A stretch of DNA of 63,205 nt, the filler included, from Pelomyxa schiedti (taxonomy: Eukaryota; Protista; Evosea): the NCBI GenBank assembly GCA_020536535.1. It is 6 parts of 6 records of this genome, joined end to end, with 100 filler letters (N's around TTAATTAATTAA, not from the genome) between each part and the next. Parts side by side here need not be neighbours in the genome. Positions count along the whole stretch, not along the records: positions 43,738 to 55,081 come from JAHLWZ010000035.1; positions 55,182 to 56,401 come from JAHLWZ010002683.1; positions 56,502 to 63,205 come from JAHLWZ010001399.1; 3 more parts are not named here. One strand, 5' to 3'. The position numbers were made by a program, and so were the translations under genes. Shown here piece by piece: positions 48,348-59,182 of this stretch. Position 1 is the stretch's first letter, and every line of letters begins with the position of its first letter. Under the pieces are notes generated by a model that was not told the DNA's origin, made no database searches, and saw only the letters and a program-made list of their open reading frames with translations.

Positions 48348-49739
48348 TCAGGAAGAGTGTACAATTGACATTGACAAGTGAGAAGACCACTCCTGCGGGA
48401 ATGAAATGGTAACAGAGCAACACTGTGAGGTGGACTCAATCACCCGTATGCGCGAGTCACTCTGGTTGATGTGGAAGAGGAACCCACGTGCACCTGTGAC
48501 TGAATTCTTCTTCTTGGGCTCTTCTGGGCTGTGGTGGAATGCGCACAACACCTTTGATATAGCTTCTGGGTTGTTGGTGTTGTTGCAGTTCCAGATGGGA
48601 ACATGGCCGTCTGCGTTTGAACCCCCAATGAAGTACTCAGAGTCATTCAGTTGGCAGTATTGCTTGTCTGGGAGCCTCCTGGTTGTCCCGCTGGTCTCTT
48701 GAACCTCCAATGACAGGGACTCTGGAACATAATGGGCCAAAGTACTTCCTTCAGTGATGAAGGTACGGGAGCCGTCCTGCTTCCTCATTGGAAGCAAGTA
48801 TGAGAAAGCATATGATGATTCCACATCAACACGTGTGACACTAATCACAGAAAGGGAACCAGTTGAATGCGTGCTCTCCACGTCAACAACGAGAATTGAT
48901 GGTGTGATCTTCTCATGCTGTTCCAATACAGTTAGCAGCAATTCATCAACTCCAGTCTGTGAGAACTGCATGATGAACACAGACTTGGAATCGACTGCAT
49001 GTGGGCTGAGTGCAACAGATGCAACCTCCTCACCACATCTGTGATAACCTCTTGCACTGTTGCTAACAAGCCTCATCAAACGCTGTGTGACCATCATCAA
49101 TTGGCGGCCTCCTTTTCCATCACTGAACTCACCACACGTCACCAGCCACTTTGAGTTGACAGCACACCTTCCAGGAATACCCTCCTCCGGGTGCTCAATA
49201 ACCCGAACCACGCTCATTTCTTCAGGATTGCCACCGCCACACAGCTGCCACTTCTCAGGCACAATTGAGCACGCACTCCTATCAGCGTTCCAATTGAACC
49301 TGTAGCCCGCCTTGTGCAGGAAAAACCTGTCATTCACCCAGAACACCCCCCCCACCGCGCCGCTCCACCTCCCCTCAACAACACCAACCACTCCAGCCAG
49401 AACAGGTGACACCCTGAGGCAAACACACCCCCCTGGTCGGCCAAACGCCAATCGGCTTCCTCCATTCACCTGGATCACAAAGGTCCTGGCTGTGTCCCTC
49501 ACCAACTCCCACATCAGCCTCCCGACCACGTGCCCCTCACGTGCCAGTGTGTTGTTCTCACTGATGACCGCGGAGCGAGCGGGGCTGGGCCCATAATCGC
49601 TGGGTGATGGTGGCTGGTGAGGGGGTTTTCGGCCGAAAGGCGACGAGTGAGCCACAATGAGGGCTCTGATTTGGTCGCTGGCCCTCAGGGTGTACTGGGC
49701 GGCCCACCGGTGTGCCGACGTATCTGCTGTGGTGTGCAT
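48348..49739 (-). CDS. Distant member of the 38887/40290 family
   Basis: 463-aa intronless ORF with RASDQIRAL...SPAR...LMW, VSPVLAGV, CAVNSKWLV, VVDVESTHSTGSLSV, IWNCNN and RIRVIE. Confidence 0.75.
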   Translation of the reverse strand: MHTTADTSAHRWAAQYTLRASDQIRALIVAHSSPFGRKPPHQPPSPSDYGPSPARSAVISENNTLAREGHVVGRLMWELVRDTARTFVIQVNGGSRLAFGRPGGCVCLRVSPVLAGVVGVVEGRWSGAVGGVFWVNDRFFLHKAGYRFNWNADRSACSIVPEKWQLCGGGNPEEMSVVRVIEHPEEGIPGRCAVNSKWLVTCGEFSDGKGGRQLMMVTQRLMRLVSNSARGYHRCGEEVASVALSPHAVDSKSVFIMQFSQTGVDELLLTVLEQHEKITPSILVVDVESTHSTGSLSVISVTRVDVESSYAFSYLLPMRKQDGSRTFITEGSTLAHYVPESLSLEVQETSGTTRRLPDKQYCQLNDSEYFIGGSNADGHVPIWNCNNTNNPEAISKVLCAFHHSPEEPKKKNSVTGARGFLFHINQSDSRIRVIESTSQCCSVTISFPQEWSSHLSMSIVHSS

Positions 49740-50261
49740 CTTGAGCTGATCAAACCCAGCGCAGTGTTACCAGGTAAAAAAAGGGATGTTTTTGGACTTT
49801 CTTCTGAAGCCAACCTGGTGATGTTGAATCCACTGAAGTACAAAGCTAGTGTGGCCTGTGTAACTACCCAAAACAACAGCAACTGGTGACGCTGTGTGGG
49901 AAAATTCAGGCAAATGAGCCATTTGCAACGAAACAGGAAGAACACGTTGGATACTCAAAAAACGAATTGTGGGACGTGTGGTGGAGAGATACAAAACAGT
50001 CATTGTTGCTCTGGGGCCTCAACATGCTGTTGTCAACTCTGCTTGCTTTTCCCATCATCACATCATTCTTGGAACCACTATGGCAAAACACTGGTGTGGC
50101 TTTGTGTGCTTCTGACACTTCAGGACTCGAAAACGAACGTTCATCAATTACTGGCGTTGCCGTCACATCAACGCCACACTCCGGCACCAGCATGAAGGAA
50201 GGTTATTCTTGGGAATAATAGAATATGTTATTATTATGAATATCAAAAGATATCTGTAGCA

Positions 50262-52183
50262 CTAAGCCTTGTTGATGTAGTCGGTGAGAATGTCGGCAAT
50301 GATGAGCTGACGCCTTGCGGTGGCAATGTGGTGTGCCTCCTTGATTTTGGAGGATGGAATTCTGGTTGTTGATGCCGGTGGGAAGGTGGTGCACAGCCAC
50401 TGCACTCCCGCGACGTTGCCTGTTGTGCACCAGTGAAGTAGAACCGAACTTATGTCTGAGGAACCGAGCCGGAATGCACTCACGATCCAGGATGCAACCT
50501 CAATGTGGTTGTTCCCAACAGCTGATGCCAGTGGCAAGTAGTTGTCAAACCTTGAAATGAGAAGTAAGAGGTAACTCATTTAATTTATTAATATGTATAT
50601 ATACCTCACATCGGATATGGTCAGGGAGAATGTTTGTTTGAGCCACTGTGCAAAAGGGAGAAACCCCTTGGAACACAGTATAGCAAATATTGGCATTCCT
50701 GGATTCTCCCGGATTTGTTTTATTGTGAGTTTGGATATGCCGTGCAAGAATTTCGCCATCTCTAGCCATCCATTGTTACATGCGTTTCTGGAAAAAAAGA
50801 GTGTGGGCAAGGCCGAATTCATTTGGGAAACATTACCGGAAAAGAGATGGCACAATAAAAGAGACTGAAGGCAATTTAAAGTTACCATAGAGCCACATGG
50901 CAAAGTCAATATGCCCACGCTCACAACTTGAGAAGTGTCAGCTGCAAAAAAAGGAATCAACTAACCTCTCATAAAACGCATAATTATTTCCGGTTGAAAC
51001 ATCCATGGAATCTAAAGAAAATGTTTTTGTGAACCATTTTGCTGTCTCCAAGTCACCAGCTTCTGCAAATGACTTGAACACAATGTTATCTTCGGTTCGC
51101 ACTTCCCCTGAGCTAAATGCATACTTCTCAATGAGCCACTGCAGTGAAAAAATTAAATTAAATATAAATTAATAATGAAATTTGTCACACACCCTTGCTG
51201 TATGGCATTGATGCTTCCTGCAGGTGCATTCAAGAACTCGCTGCACTACAATCCGATGCTTGTCAGTGTGAACCTGTTGGTCAAGCAGCAGAAGCAACTC
51301 TTGCCGGCCGTTTTCGCACAATATCCTGAAGGCGTCTGTAGCACACACCGGAGTAATTTGGTTTGAAAGTTTGTCAAGGAACCACAAGATGGAGTCTTTA
51401 TCGCCAAGCTGGCAGCAGAGGTGGAAAGCTCGCTGCACACATATTGATGGGCTCCCACTGTTCAGATAGGCTTCAGAAACCACCCAATTAGAAAAGTCAA
51501 AGCATTTTCCTCGAGAGAGTTCATCCCGGGAATTGAGGTAATTTGTGAATGCAACCTCGAACATCTGCGGGCCAGTGGTGTATATGCTAAACTGGGAAGT
51601 TCTGTCTTTACAAAACACGTGCCTGGCCACTGACAACGCACAAGTATTTGCACATATCTTTCCGATTTCAAGATAGGCAGTACTATACAGTTGCCTCAGA
51701 AGAGGTCCCACAAGGTAAGCCCTTGTTAGAATATATTAATTTTATGGTAATTCGAACAGAGCAAAACTAGAAAGATAAACAATTTTGAAATAAGGCATTA
51801 TTTTTGGGGGAAGCGAAAAAAAAACACACACACAGAGGGAAAAGAGCCTCGCCAAGCGACACAATGACACCAATCATCCCGACATCAACTCCAACAAAGT
51901 CCCTCCCATAACTCCGCGCCGCCGGCGCGTCCCTCTCCCCTCCCGGCCAAGAGAACTTTGACGAAGGCCATAAAGACCTCAGACTACTCGTGTTGTTGGG
52001 CAAAGTAGCTGACGACGACGACGAGGACGACGACGCCCCGCTCCCATAATACCTGAGCCTGATTACTGTTGGCAGCACCACCGACCACATCGTGTGCGAC
52101 ACCCACAACACGCGCTCGGCCTCGCGCCTCCTCTCTGCCGTAATCCCGACGCCCACCACATCACGACTGCCGCCGACGTCCAT
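50262..52183 (-). CDS. Ankyrin-like helical repeat protein of a lineage-specific family (spliced)
   Basis: Repeats such as AFHLCCQLGDKDSILWFL, AFRILCENGRQELL, NACNNGWLEMAKFL, ILCSKGFLPFAQWL and SAVGNNHIEVASWI; N-terminal RVLWVS...W...VLP and LGEALFPL motifs. Confidence 0.68.
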
Positions 52184-52386
52184 GTTGGTTCATGTGATAA
52201 GTCCCCAAGTTCCGTACCTTCGGTTTGTGTGCTCTGACTTTGGGCTGCTGGACTCACAGGTCCTTGCGGTCAACACTCCGCGTAGTAACACGTGGTTGCT
52301 GGGGAGGGGTCAAATCTCCAGAAGTGGTTCATTGCAATGATTGATTCAAATCGAAACGACACCGATTAACTGCCTGTCTGGTTTAG

Positions 52387-52956
52387 ATGAGCGGGGCAAG
52401 TCAAGTTCCGGCTAGTGCTGCTGCTGCTGCTACTACTACAATAACACCAACGGCGCCTACGTCGGCGTTCCCGTACGTGACGCGCCTCGACGTGGCGTAC
52501 GGGCCCCTGGAGGTGTTCGACGACGGGGCGATCGCGTCGTCGTGCCCGCACCGGTGGTTCAACCAGACCCTGTGCGCGGTCAACTCGTCGGTCGTGCGCG
52601 TCGGCGTCGTGCAGGGCGAGTACCACTGGCACCACCACCCCGACGACGACGAGTTCTTCTACTGCGTCGACGGCCTGCTCTTCGTAGATGTCGTGATGCC
52701 ATCGCCATCGCCGTCGCCATCTGCATCGGCTGCTGCTACAACGACGCCGAGTTCGAGTGGTGGTGGGGGAGGGGAAGGGGAGAGGGTGAGCCCCAAGGAG
52801 GGGGAGTACAGGGTGATTGAGCTGAGGCCGAGGTGTGGGGTTGTGGTGCCAAAGGGGGTGCTGCACAGGACGAGGGCCGACGAGAAGACTGTTATGCTGA
52901 TGGTTGAGAACAAGGGAATAGTGCCAACTGGAACACCCTCCTCTTCCTCTTCATAG
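52387..52956 (+). CDS. Cupin domain protein (cupin_2 / mannose-6-phosphate isomerase-like), bacterial type
   Basis: Cupin motif 1 GEYHWHHHPDDDEFFYCVDG and motif 2 VVPKGVLHRT; intronless and GC-rich. Confidence 0.88.
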   Translation: MSGASQVPASAAAAATTTITPTAPTSAFPYVTRLDVAYGPLEVFDDGAIASSCPHRWFNQTLCAVNSSVVRVGVVQGEYHWHHHPDDDEFFYCVDGLLFVDVVMPSPSPSPSASAAATTTPSSSGGGGGEGERVSPKEGEYRVIELRPRCGVVVPKGVLHRTRADEKTVMLMVENKGIVPTGTPSSSSS

Positions 52957-53060
52957 ACTTCACCACCGATGAAACTCTAATGCCATGTTTAAAAGATAAA
53001 AGGGTTATTCACTATTTAGTAAGTGCCCAATGCTTCCAAAAACCAAAAAAAAAAAACCAG

Positions 53061-53275
53061 CCTCTCCCACTTCAGATTTTCCGACGCTCCTTCCCGTACG
53101 GCTCTTCCTCTCTCCCCTTTGGCCAAGGCAGTGATATATATGCGTGTCACCTCCCGTTGCTCTGCGCCTCTCTCTCACATAAGGCATCCCGGCGATGCCC
53201 CAGGCCACGCAGGCGTGCCCGCCTCTCCTTTTCCATGTCCTCTCCCACTTCAGATTTTCCGACGCTCCTTCCCGG
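53061..53275. repeat. ~36-bp direct repeat pair
   Basis: CCTCTCCCACTTCAGATTTTCCGACGCTCCTTCCCG at ~53061 and ~53239. Confidence 0.8.
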
Positions 53276-54599
53276 TATGTGCTTCTGTGGGATGTGTAGT
53301 TTGTTGCAAAGCAGAGAACAAGAACAAGATCAAGAAAGCGATTCTATTATTTGTTTTGGTTGTTTGCAGACCCCCCTCACATATTGTTTTTCTTTCGATT
53401 CAAATTCCAACGAGGCTCCATATAAAGAAGTCCCAAGGGGGTCCAAACAGGGTGATAGGCTTAAGAGATCGAATTTAGAAGGTTAGATTGGACCATAGCC
53501 ATACAATTAGACAATAGCATACTGGGTCACAGGTCAGAGAGGGTAACCAACAGAGAGGACCTGACCCTTACCAACTACCATGAGACTCACGAAGATAGGA
53601 ATACTGCCTCCCAGCAGCATCAGTGCAGGACCTGCACTGACACAGAAGGAAAGGCATTGTTTTTCCCTTATTGTGCATCCAAGACGCAAGGACAGCTGGA
53701 CTGTGGGCTGTGACGTGCTGGTCCTGTTCCCTTGTTGTGTCAGGAGTAAGACTCACACAAGAGCATTGTTGCCGAATCTACAACACAGCCCAACAGTTGA
53801 AGAAGAAAAAAAAAGAGAAGTTTTAAGGGAATGATCACAGACACACTAGCAACTCTGCTGCCCTCGCTGTTGCAAATCCCCAAGTCCACTTAATTACTGT
53901 TTACCCCTGTTTTCTTGGTTATGCCTGTTGGTACCAACCCCTCACCCCTTGATGGCTGTTTTTGGCTTGTTGGAAAATCAAAATAAGCAGGATAAAGAAA
54001 AAAGAAATAGTGAGGGGGGCCCTGTTGTTTGTTGTTTGCTTATATTTGTGAGGTTTAAGTTGTGATTCTACAGGTCTGGACTCGAAAACGACTTGAAATC
54101 GAGGTGAATGATAAGGTAGATTTCCGTGAACTTGATTTCCTAAGACGTCTGGTCCGAGTGCTGACTAAGCAGGTCAGTCTCTCAGTCTCAGTGTTCGTGC
54201 TTGTGTATTCTACAGAATCACACACCAGAACAAAAATGGTGTTTGGCAATTGATGGTTTATGGGCCAATAAAGGCCAAGAGTCATTGAGAAACTGGTAGA
54301 ATGCCAAAGATGTGGTCTTACATCGTTGCCAATGCAATGTTCATTGGTTTTTGTTCATTATTGGAGGTTGTACCCAAAAGATTTTCCTCATGAGCAAACA
54401 AAAAACCAAAAGGAGGATCTGGGGACCAGGATTATGGGATTGGCCCAAATTGGGTGGCCTTGAGTTTACCCAAAGTAAAAAACACCTACAATTATGTGTG
54501 CAGGGCTACAGCCACAATGTAAAGGTGATGATGCTTAATTATAAGAGTACATGAATATTTATGACTAAGGTACAAATGTGGAGGGTGTGATGACATAAG

Positions 54600-54920
54600 G
54601 ATAGTCAGGCTTATTCTGTAGCCACTGAACAACAAGGTCAGTGCCCCAGAATAAATCCTCATAGCCAGTAACACTCATTCCAAGTGTGCAGCACACTGTT
54701 CCTCCTCCCATGCACACTCCTCTATCAGAAGATGAGGAGGGTTCACACAATGAAGGCAGCTCCAGAACGATGTTGTACACGCAATGGACCACTGGGAATT
54801 GAGAGCAGTCAACCACAGGGGCTCAGTCTTTGCCATGTGATACAGTTGCTTACACGTTCGCGATACTCTGATGAGGGATATGAAGTCCAGGTGCTCCAGT
54901 ATAGCTGGTTGAGGCATTGA
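54600..54920 (-). pseudogene. F-box-like gene remnant
   Basis: AILEHLDFISLIRVSRTCKQLYHMAKTEPLW resembles the second half of an F-box; stops and frame breaks follow. Confidence 0.5.
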
Positions 54921-56501
54921 GTTTTGAAGTGTAAGCATGCAAAGCATACATAACCAAATATCCAAAGAAAGTATGCATAAGGAATTTTGAACAACTTTTG
55001 AAGCTGACAGTTTAGTCATTAAGTGCCTGAAATGCACGATAGGAGGGATAACAACAATGAAATAAAGACTCACCCAAAGCCNNNNNNNNNNNNNNNNNNN
55101 NNNNNNNNNNNNNNNNNNNNNNNNNTTAATTAATTAANNNNNNNNNNNNNNNNNNNNNNNNNNNNNNNNNNNNNNNNNNNNGGCTGGGGTCTGTTAGCTT
55201 GAACTCGCTGGTTCCCGTGAATGGCCATAATTAGTTGGCCAACTTGGCGCCCAATCATCACACCAAGATTCCCTTAATCCTTCGCCCATCACTCCTCACA
55301 CATGCTTTTGTTGTTGGAGGGAGAAAAACGGGAAGTGTGTGGCCTCGATCACGGTGGTGCAACAGCCTTGTTTGGGTGTCAGGTGACATCCATTAAATCA
55401 CTGCAACCAGAAACACAGTGTTCACATGTGTTTCTGGTTGTCACTCAGTCCACATGCGCCACAACAGGAGATGGGTTGTATGAGGTGGTTGTCCAGAACA
55501 CTCAGAAGCTGGTTTTTGTATTTTACCCCAAGTCCTGCTTGTATTCTTCCACACAGTTAGGATCGAACGTTCACAGGGTCTCCACGCCTGTGGGTTGTAT
55601 GAGGTCGCAAAGTCTCATCATGCACTCTGGAGACACCCTGATTCCAAAGTGTGTGCAAGTTCCCCAATTTGGATGGGATCGGGGAGATTTAAGACAATTT
55701 GTGTGGACATTGGGTACCTGAATTTGTACCCAAATTGGTAGTCGATACCCAAAGTGGGGATCGCTCAATCCCACTAAGTCAGACTCAGAAGTCGATTCGC
55801 TCCGACCGGGAAGGGACCAACGCGCCCAGGATTAATTAACTGAGTTGATTGTTTATACACTTGCCTCCTCTCAGTTGGTGCCGACTGCAGCAAGACGGTC
55901 TGACTTGGTGCTGAGAGTGTGGATTTTCGGGGAACATGTTGTTTCTGTATCTTCCGTTTCCAGTTGCAAAGAAGAAGAACAAATAAAATTTAATGCCGTT
56001 TGGTTGGGGGCCGGTGTGTGTCACGGGTGGGTGACTGGTGTGACAGACCGTCGCATTTTGGTGCCAGGTCAGAACGTTCTGTTGTTCGGTATCGGTTTTT
56101 TTTTTCCCGATGTTTTCTTTGTTTATAATTTTATTGTGTTTTGTCCACCGGTCTTTTGTTGTTGTTTCTCGGTTTTGCTTTTGTTTTTTTTTCCCAAACT
56201 GTTGAGGCAACACTTCAATCAAGTTCTTTTTGTTTTGCTTTGTTTTTCGTGTTTGTTTTATTTCGTTTTCGTTTAGCTTACTTCTTTCTGTTTTTGTTCT
56301 TGTTCTCACAACAACACAGGTCATTGAAGATTCCATGACGAGGAGAAGGGGCACAGCGGTATGTTTCCATTTCTCTTCTCCATTTTTCTTTTTCGACTTC
56401 TNNNNNNNNNNNNNNNNNNNNNNNNNNNNNNNNNNNNNNNNNNNNTTAATTAATTAANNNNNNNNNNNNNNNNNNNNNNNNNNNNNNNNNNNNNNNNNNN
56501 N

Positions 56502-57309
56502 GCGGCCACCACAGGCACCCTCGGGTCTCCTCCTCCAGCCCACCCTCCACCAGCCTCTTGGCCACCTCCCTGTGTCCCCCAACACAAAGCCCAGCCAGCA
56601 CCACAACAAGCTCCTTCACCCCAGCCCTGCTCCCATTCCCCCTCCTCACCGTCTCCCCACCATCACCACCACCACCACTATCCACAAGCAATGACGGGGG
56701 CACATGATTCCTCAGTGAATCCCCCATCGTCATCATTGTTGTATGGTGTGATACCATCCAGGCCACGCACCTCACGGCGCCGTTGCGGGCGGCGGCCCAC
56801 AGCGCCCCGGTGCGGCTGCCCGCGCACTCCCTCGCGACGTGGCGGCACGCCGCCGGGGTCAGCGGGAACAGGGCCTCGCCGAGCCGCAGCACCGTAGCGG
56901 CGGACTCGCGGGCGGCGGCCAGGGCTCCGGGGCGCAGGTGGGGCTCGCGCCCGACGGCGGCCCACGCCAGCGAGTCGTGGGCGCTGTCGCGGCGGCAGGG
57001 CTGCGGCTGGTCGCTGTTGTTGCTGGACCACAGCACCGCCTCGCACTCGTAGTCGATGGCGGCTGCGTACGAGGCCCTTCGTAGAAGCCGATCGGTCTCG
57101 TCGGCGACAGCATCAGGGGTGGTTGTTGCTGGTGAGGATTCTGTTGTTGTTTGTGACGGGGACAGTGGTCGAGTGGCGGCGGTGATTCCTGTTGATGGGA
57201 GGACGATGTCCCACAGCAGTTTGGACACAAGCAACAATCGGTCCTTATTGTTCTTTCTCGCCGCGGCGTGAGCGTCGGCGCCCTCTTGTGGGTGTATGTC
57301 GTTGGACAT
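56502..57309 (-). CDS. Ankyrin-like family protein related to 50262-52183 (partial, runs into contig end)
   Basis: DRLLLVSKLLWDIVLP...VLRLGEALFPLTPAAC...ALWAAARNGAVRCVAWMV...GLCVGGHREVAKRLV. Confidence 0.7.
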
Positions 57310-57653
57310 GGTGGGTGGGTACTACCCTTGTGTGTTGTGAAATTCTGTTGTTCTTTGTTGTTTGTTGCGCGTCGAATCTTCTTCGAACGCCATCAATTTT
57401 GCCGTCACACTCTCACGTGATTACCGTTAATTGATTGTACTGTCCGACTTGGAATAAGGAAAGCTGAGTTGTAAAAATCGATGTTCAGTATGAAGTAAAA
57501 ACCTCAGCAGGGGTCACTCAGTGAGGCAATAAAGTCATCACTTGTGTGCTGGATGGAAATCCAGACGCAGGCCTATTCCAGGTCGTTACCGGAACGATCT
57601 ACTTATGGGAGGGGAAAAGAAAAATTGAGTACAAAAGCTCACTTTCAGCTATT

Positions 57654-59158
57654 TTAGTTTTTGTGGAGAATCAGATATTGCAGTATGAAAGCGAGCAGTA
57701 GGACAGCAGAAATTATATGCCAGGGAATACCGGTCCCTGTTTGTTTTGATGGTTGTTGTGGTTGGCACACCTCAGAACGGGTCCGGCTGAGTGCGGCAAT
57801 TTCCTTCTGTCATTATGGTTAGAACCTTTATGTGAAGTTGGTTTGGAGAAAGAAAGTACCTCCTTCTGCGCGAGTAAGGATAGCTTTTGTTCTAGAGTAG
57901 ACTCCAAATTCTTTCGAACGTTACACGGAAGATATTTGTTGTTTTTAGAGGTACCTTTATCCTTTCGTTCAGGGAGTTGACCAGAAGGTTTTCGGTTTGT
58001 GTATGGACTTCTTCGAGAGTACCAATATCTTTCTCAGTATTGTTTGCCGGTGGTTGTGAAGTTGCTGCAGATTTTTGAGTTTGCTCTTCTGGTGTTGGGG
58101 GGTTAATTAATTCCACCACGGTGGCAGAAGTGGTAGTGGGTGTGACGATCTCCGGTGGTGGCACACTTGTGTGGGCAGAGCTGGGGGAGGTTGTAGAATC
58201 TGGAGCATTGACAGGTGAAATCTGTGTTTGCATTTGAGCCTGTGGCTCCTCTTGAGGTGAAACCACAGAGAGTTCCTTCTCCACTTGCTTATCTTTTTCC
58301 GGCGGAACTTGCACAGGTTGGTCCGGGAGAACTTCAGGCGGTGGCGTTTGAGTCTGGTTAGTCTGTTCTATTTTTGCTTCGATGATCGGAGTTTTTTCGC
58401 CTTCCATTGGGGGGTTTACTGCAGGTCGTTCCACTTTATTGTCGATTACAGAAGATTCCATAGGCATTCCGCAGGACTTGAACATGGTACTTGTAATCAT
58501 GGGTGTGTCCACACGCTGACTAGGACTTACTGTTGTGGTGTTCCCACAAAAAATAACTTCCATGTTCTTGAAGAAACAGGACTGCTTGTTTGGTGCTTGT
58601 AACTTGAGTAGATGTAAGATTTATGTAAGAAGAGTACAGCGATACACACGACATCCGGGCTATTGGTATCTGAATGAACTCCCATGAGCCTGAACTTGTC
58701 ATTTGGTGCGCCGGGGATTCCAATGCCATCCTTGGAACGCAGAGAAACTGCAACACAGTCAAACAAAAGTAATATCATAATAATAATCGACGGGAATGTA
58801 ATTCACACGTACTCCTTACAGTAGCGGAATCCCCAGGGACGAGGAATCCTTGAGGGGGATTCACCTTGTACTTTCCTTTCACGGTATTCAACAACTTGAA
58901 CATTGTGGGAGACGTCCCTTCGTTCTTGATGGTCACGCTAGTCTATCACATATCGACACGTGAACAATTCCACAATGAGCGACAACAACACAAAACAAGA
59001 GAGAGAAGCACCGCGGTCCAGGTGATGAGACATGATGATGGGAGAGGTACCTCAGGGACCGCCTCAGACAGCGACGTGAATATTATATCAGGGGGCACCA
59101 CCCCCAACTTGGGCCGTGCGTCGACGACACCCCCCGCGGACACCGTCCCTGTCGTCAT
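57654..59158 (-). CDS. MSP-domain tail-anchored protein (VAP/MOSPD family)
   Basis: Spliced SVTIKNEGTSPTMFKLLNTVKGKYKVNPPQGFLVPGDSATV...NDKFRL, a Pro/Thr/Glu-rich linker, a coiled segment and C-terminal TM IPWHIISAVLLLAFILQYLILHKN*. Confidence 0.8.
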
Positions 59159-59182
59159 CAACTCCAAAATCTTTTTATTTCT

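Noticed and set aside
55836-56354. Lys-rich and Phe-rich ORFs
   Set aside because: Products of T-rich low-complexity DNA at a contig end; no domain signal.
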